Assembly (NCBI GenBank): GCA_003566155.1
Contig: PXEP01000172.1
Span: 1,408 to 65,407 of the forward strand
DNA from: Candidatus Acetothermia bacterium
Lineage (GTDB): Bacteria; Bipolaricaulota; Bipolaricaulia; Bipolaricaulales; Bipolaricaulaceae
DNA: 64,000 nucleotides
Reading direction: 5' to 3'
The notes under the pieces are model-generated. The model made no database searches. It saw nothing but the letters and a program-made list of their open reading frames with translations, and was not told the origin of the DNA. Made by a program: the position numbers and the translations under genes. Shown one piece after another: positions 63,024-64,000 of the stretch. Each line of letters starts with the position of its first letter. Position 1 is the stretch's first letter.

Positions 63024-64000
63024 TCAGAACGGAACTTCCTCCGCTTGGCGTGCGGGTTCGCTGAAGCTCGCAAAGCTCTTGTGAAAGCGAAGCACGAACT
63101 TCCCCAACGGGCCGTTACGTTGTTTGGCCACGATAATCTCTGTATCCGCAACCGTGACCTCCTGCGAGGGTTGCTCGTAGTAGTCCGGACGGTAGATAAA
63201 CACCACAGCGTCTGCATCCTGCTCGATGGCTCCCGATTCCCTTAAGTCGGATAGCTGGGGGCGCTTTGTCTCCCGGCGCTCCACCGCCCTGTTTAGCTGA
63301 GAACAGGCGATCACCGGCACGTTAAGCTCTCGGGCGAGTCCCTTAAGCGAACGTGAGATGTAGGAAATCTCCTGCTCACGGATATCGGTGCGCACGCCGG
63401 CGTCTATGAGCTGCAGGTAATCCACGATGATAAGGTCAAGTCCGTACTCGGAGTTCATCCTCCGCGCCTTGGAGCGTATGGACAGGACCGGAGCTGCCGG
63501 CGTGTCGTCCACCAGGACCACAGCGTCGTTTATCTGGCCGGCGGCCTCGGCGATTTGCCCCCACTTCGCTGCGGGGAGGTAACCGGCACGTAACCTATGA
63601 AGATCGACCCGTGCCTGTGAACAGAGGAGCCTCTCCAGGATCTGCTCTTTGGGCATCTCCATGGAGAAGAACCCTACAGTCTTTTTCTGTCTCAGAGCGG
63701 CATCCCGAGCGATGTCCAGTGCCAGCGACGTTTTTCCTGTGCCTGGGCGCCCGGCCAGGACCAGCAGGTTCGAGGGGTGGAGCCCCGAGGTAAGGTCATC
63801 GAACTTGGAAAACCCTGTCGAAAGCGACCGAGCTGGTCTGCGTTCGGGATCCTTGTGTAGCTCTTCCAGCTCATCCACGTGGTCCTGGAGGAAATCGCTG
63901 AGGCTCCAGTACTCCTGGGCCGTGCCCCGTCTGGAGAGCTTGTAGATGAGCTCCTCCGCTCTGTCCAAGGCGTTCTCCAGTTCCATGTCCTCGCGGTAGC
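63024..64000 (-). CDS. dnaB: replicative DNA helicase DnaB, 3' part (N-terminal domain lies beyond the right edge)
   Basis: The reading frame stays open past the first Met of ORF 63024..63986(-) to position 64000. ...STGFSKFDDLTSGLHPSNLLVLAGRPGTGKTSLALDIA...FSMEM...IIVDYLQL...ISRSLKGLARELNVPVIACSQLNR...RESGAIEQDADAVVFIYR. Confidence 0.93.
   Translation of the reverse strand, partial: YREDMELENALDRAEELIYKLSRRGTAQEYWSLSDFLQDHVDELEELHKDPERRPARSLSTGFSKFDDLTSGLHPSNLLVLAGRPGTGKTSLALDIARDAALRQKKTVGFFSMEMPKEQILERLLCSQARVDLHRLRAGYLPAAKWGQIAEAAGQINDAVVLVDDTPAAPVLSIRSKARRMNSEYGLDLIIVDYLQLIDAGVRTDIREQEISYISRSLKGLARELNVPVIACSQLNRAVERRETKRPQLSDLRESGAIEQDADAVVFIYRPDYYEQPSQEVTVADTEIIVAKQRNGPLGKFVLRFHKSFASFSEPARQAEEVPF

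Overview
GC-rich (by eye), almost fully coding bacterial chromosomal core region. I saw no rRNA, tRNA, CRISPR array, transposase, integrase or phage genes.

Gene content, left to right:
- frr, then ATP synthase Fo genes (atpI-like, atpB, atpE, 5' part of atpF) on the minus strand.
- cca, an orphan HerA/FtsK-type P-loop ATPase fused to a C-terminal wHTH-like domain, hpf, a degenerate PP-loop protein and an FmdB zinc-ribbon protein.
- rpoC (1654 aa) with no rpoB upstream.
- One contiguous str-S10-spc-alpha ribosomal superoperon, rpsL to rplQ plus ridA (12.2-29.9 kb). It has no tuf and no rpmD. rpmJ is present but is below the ORF-track length cutoff.
- A 354-bp non-coding gap with degenerate tandem repeats, then divergent tdh/kbl.
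- A loose housekeeping/repair cluster: HD hydrolase, two HhH-GPD glycosylases, PPC/DUF296, a nitrilase-family enzyme and a rhodanese remnant.
- Aldo-keto reductase with Fe-S domain, then macro domain + TGS/SAD-uridine-kinase fusion + flavin reductase.
- A secreted Gly-rich protein, a dihydropyrimidinase-like amidohydrolase and rlmN.
- An S8 protease with a T9SS-type C-terminal domain, translationally coupled to a PorV/TraF-like beta-barrel.
- ftsH-dxr-Rrf2-Cys-rich protein, murJ, rplI, folP-yceD-ruvC-polA and an SH3b-like lipoprotein.
- gcvH-gcvPA-gcvPB and the 3' part of dnaB.

Honest assessment: I do not see a clear, self-contained novel multi-gene system such as a defence island or mobile element. 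The best leads are:
1. The protease-CTD/beta-barrel pair.
2. The orphan HerA-like ATPase-wHTH fusion.
3. A str-operon EF-G whose domain IV tip motifs differ from canonical EF-G.
4. A c-subunit with the full Na+-binding signature.
5. An rpoC that is unlinked from rpoB and carries two large insertions.
6. The repeat-bearing intergenic region at 29.9-30.2 kb.

All family assignments come from reading motifs against remembered family signatures. No searches were run.
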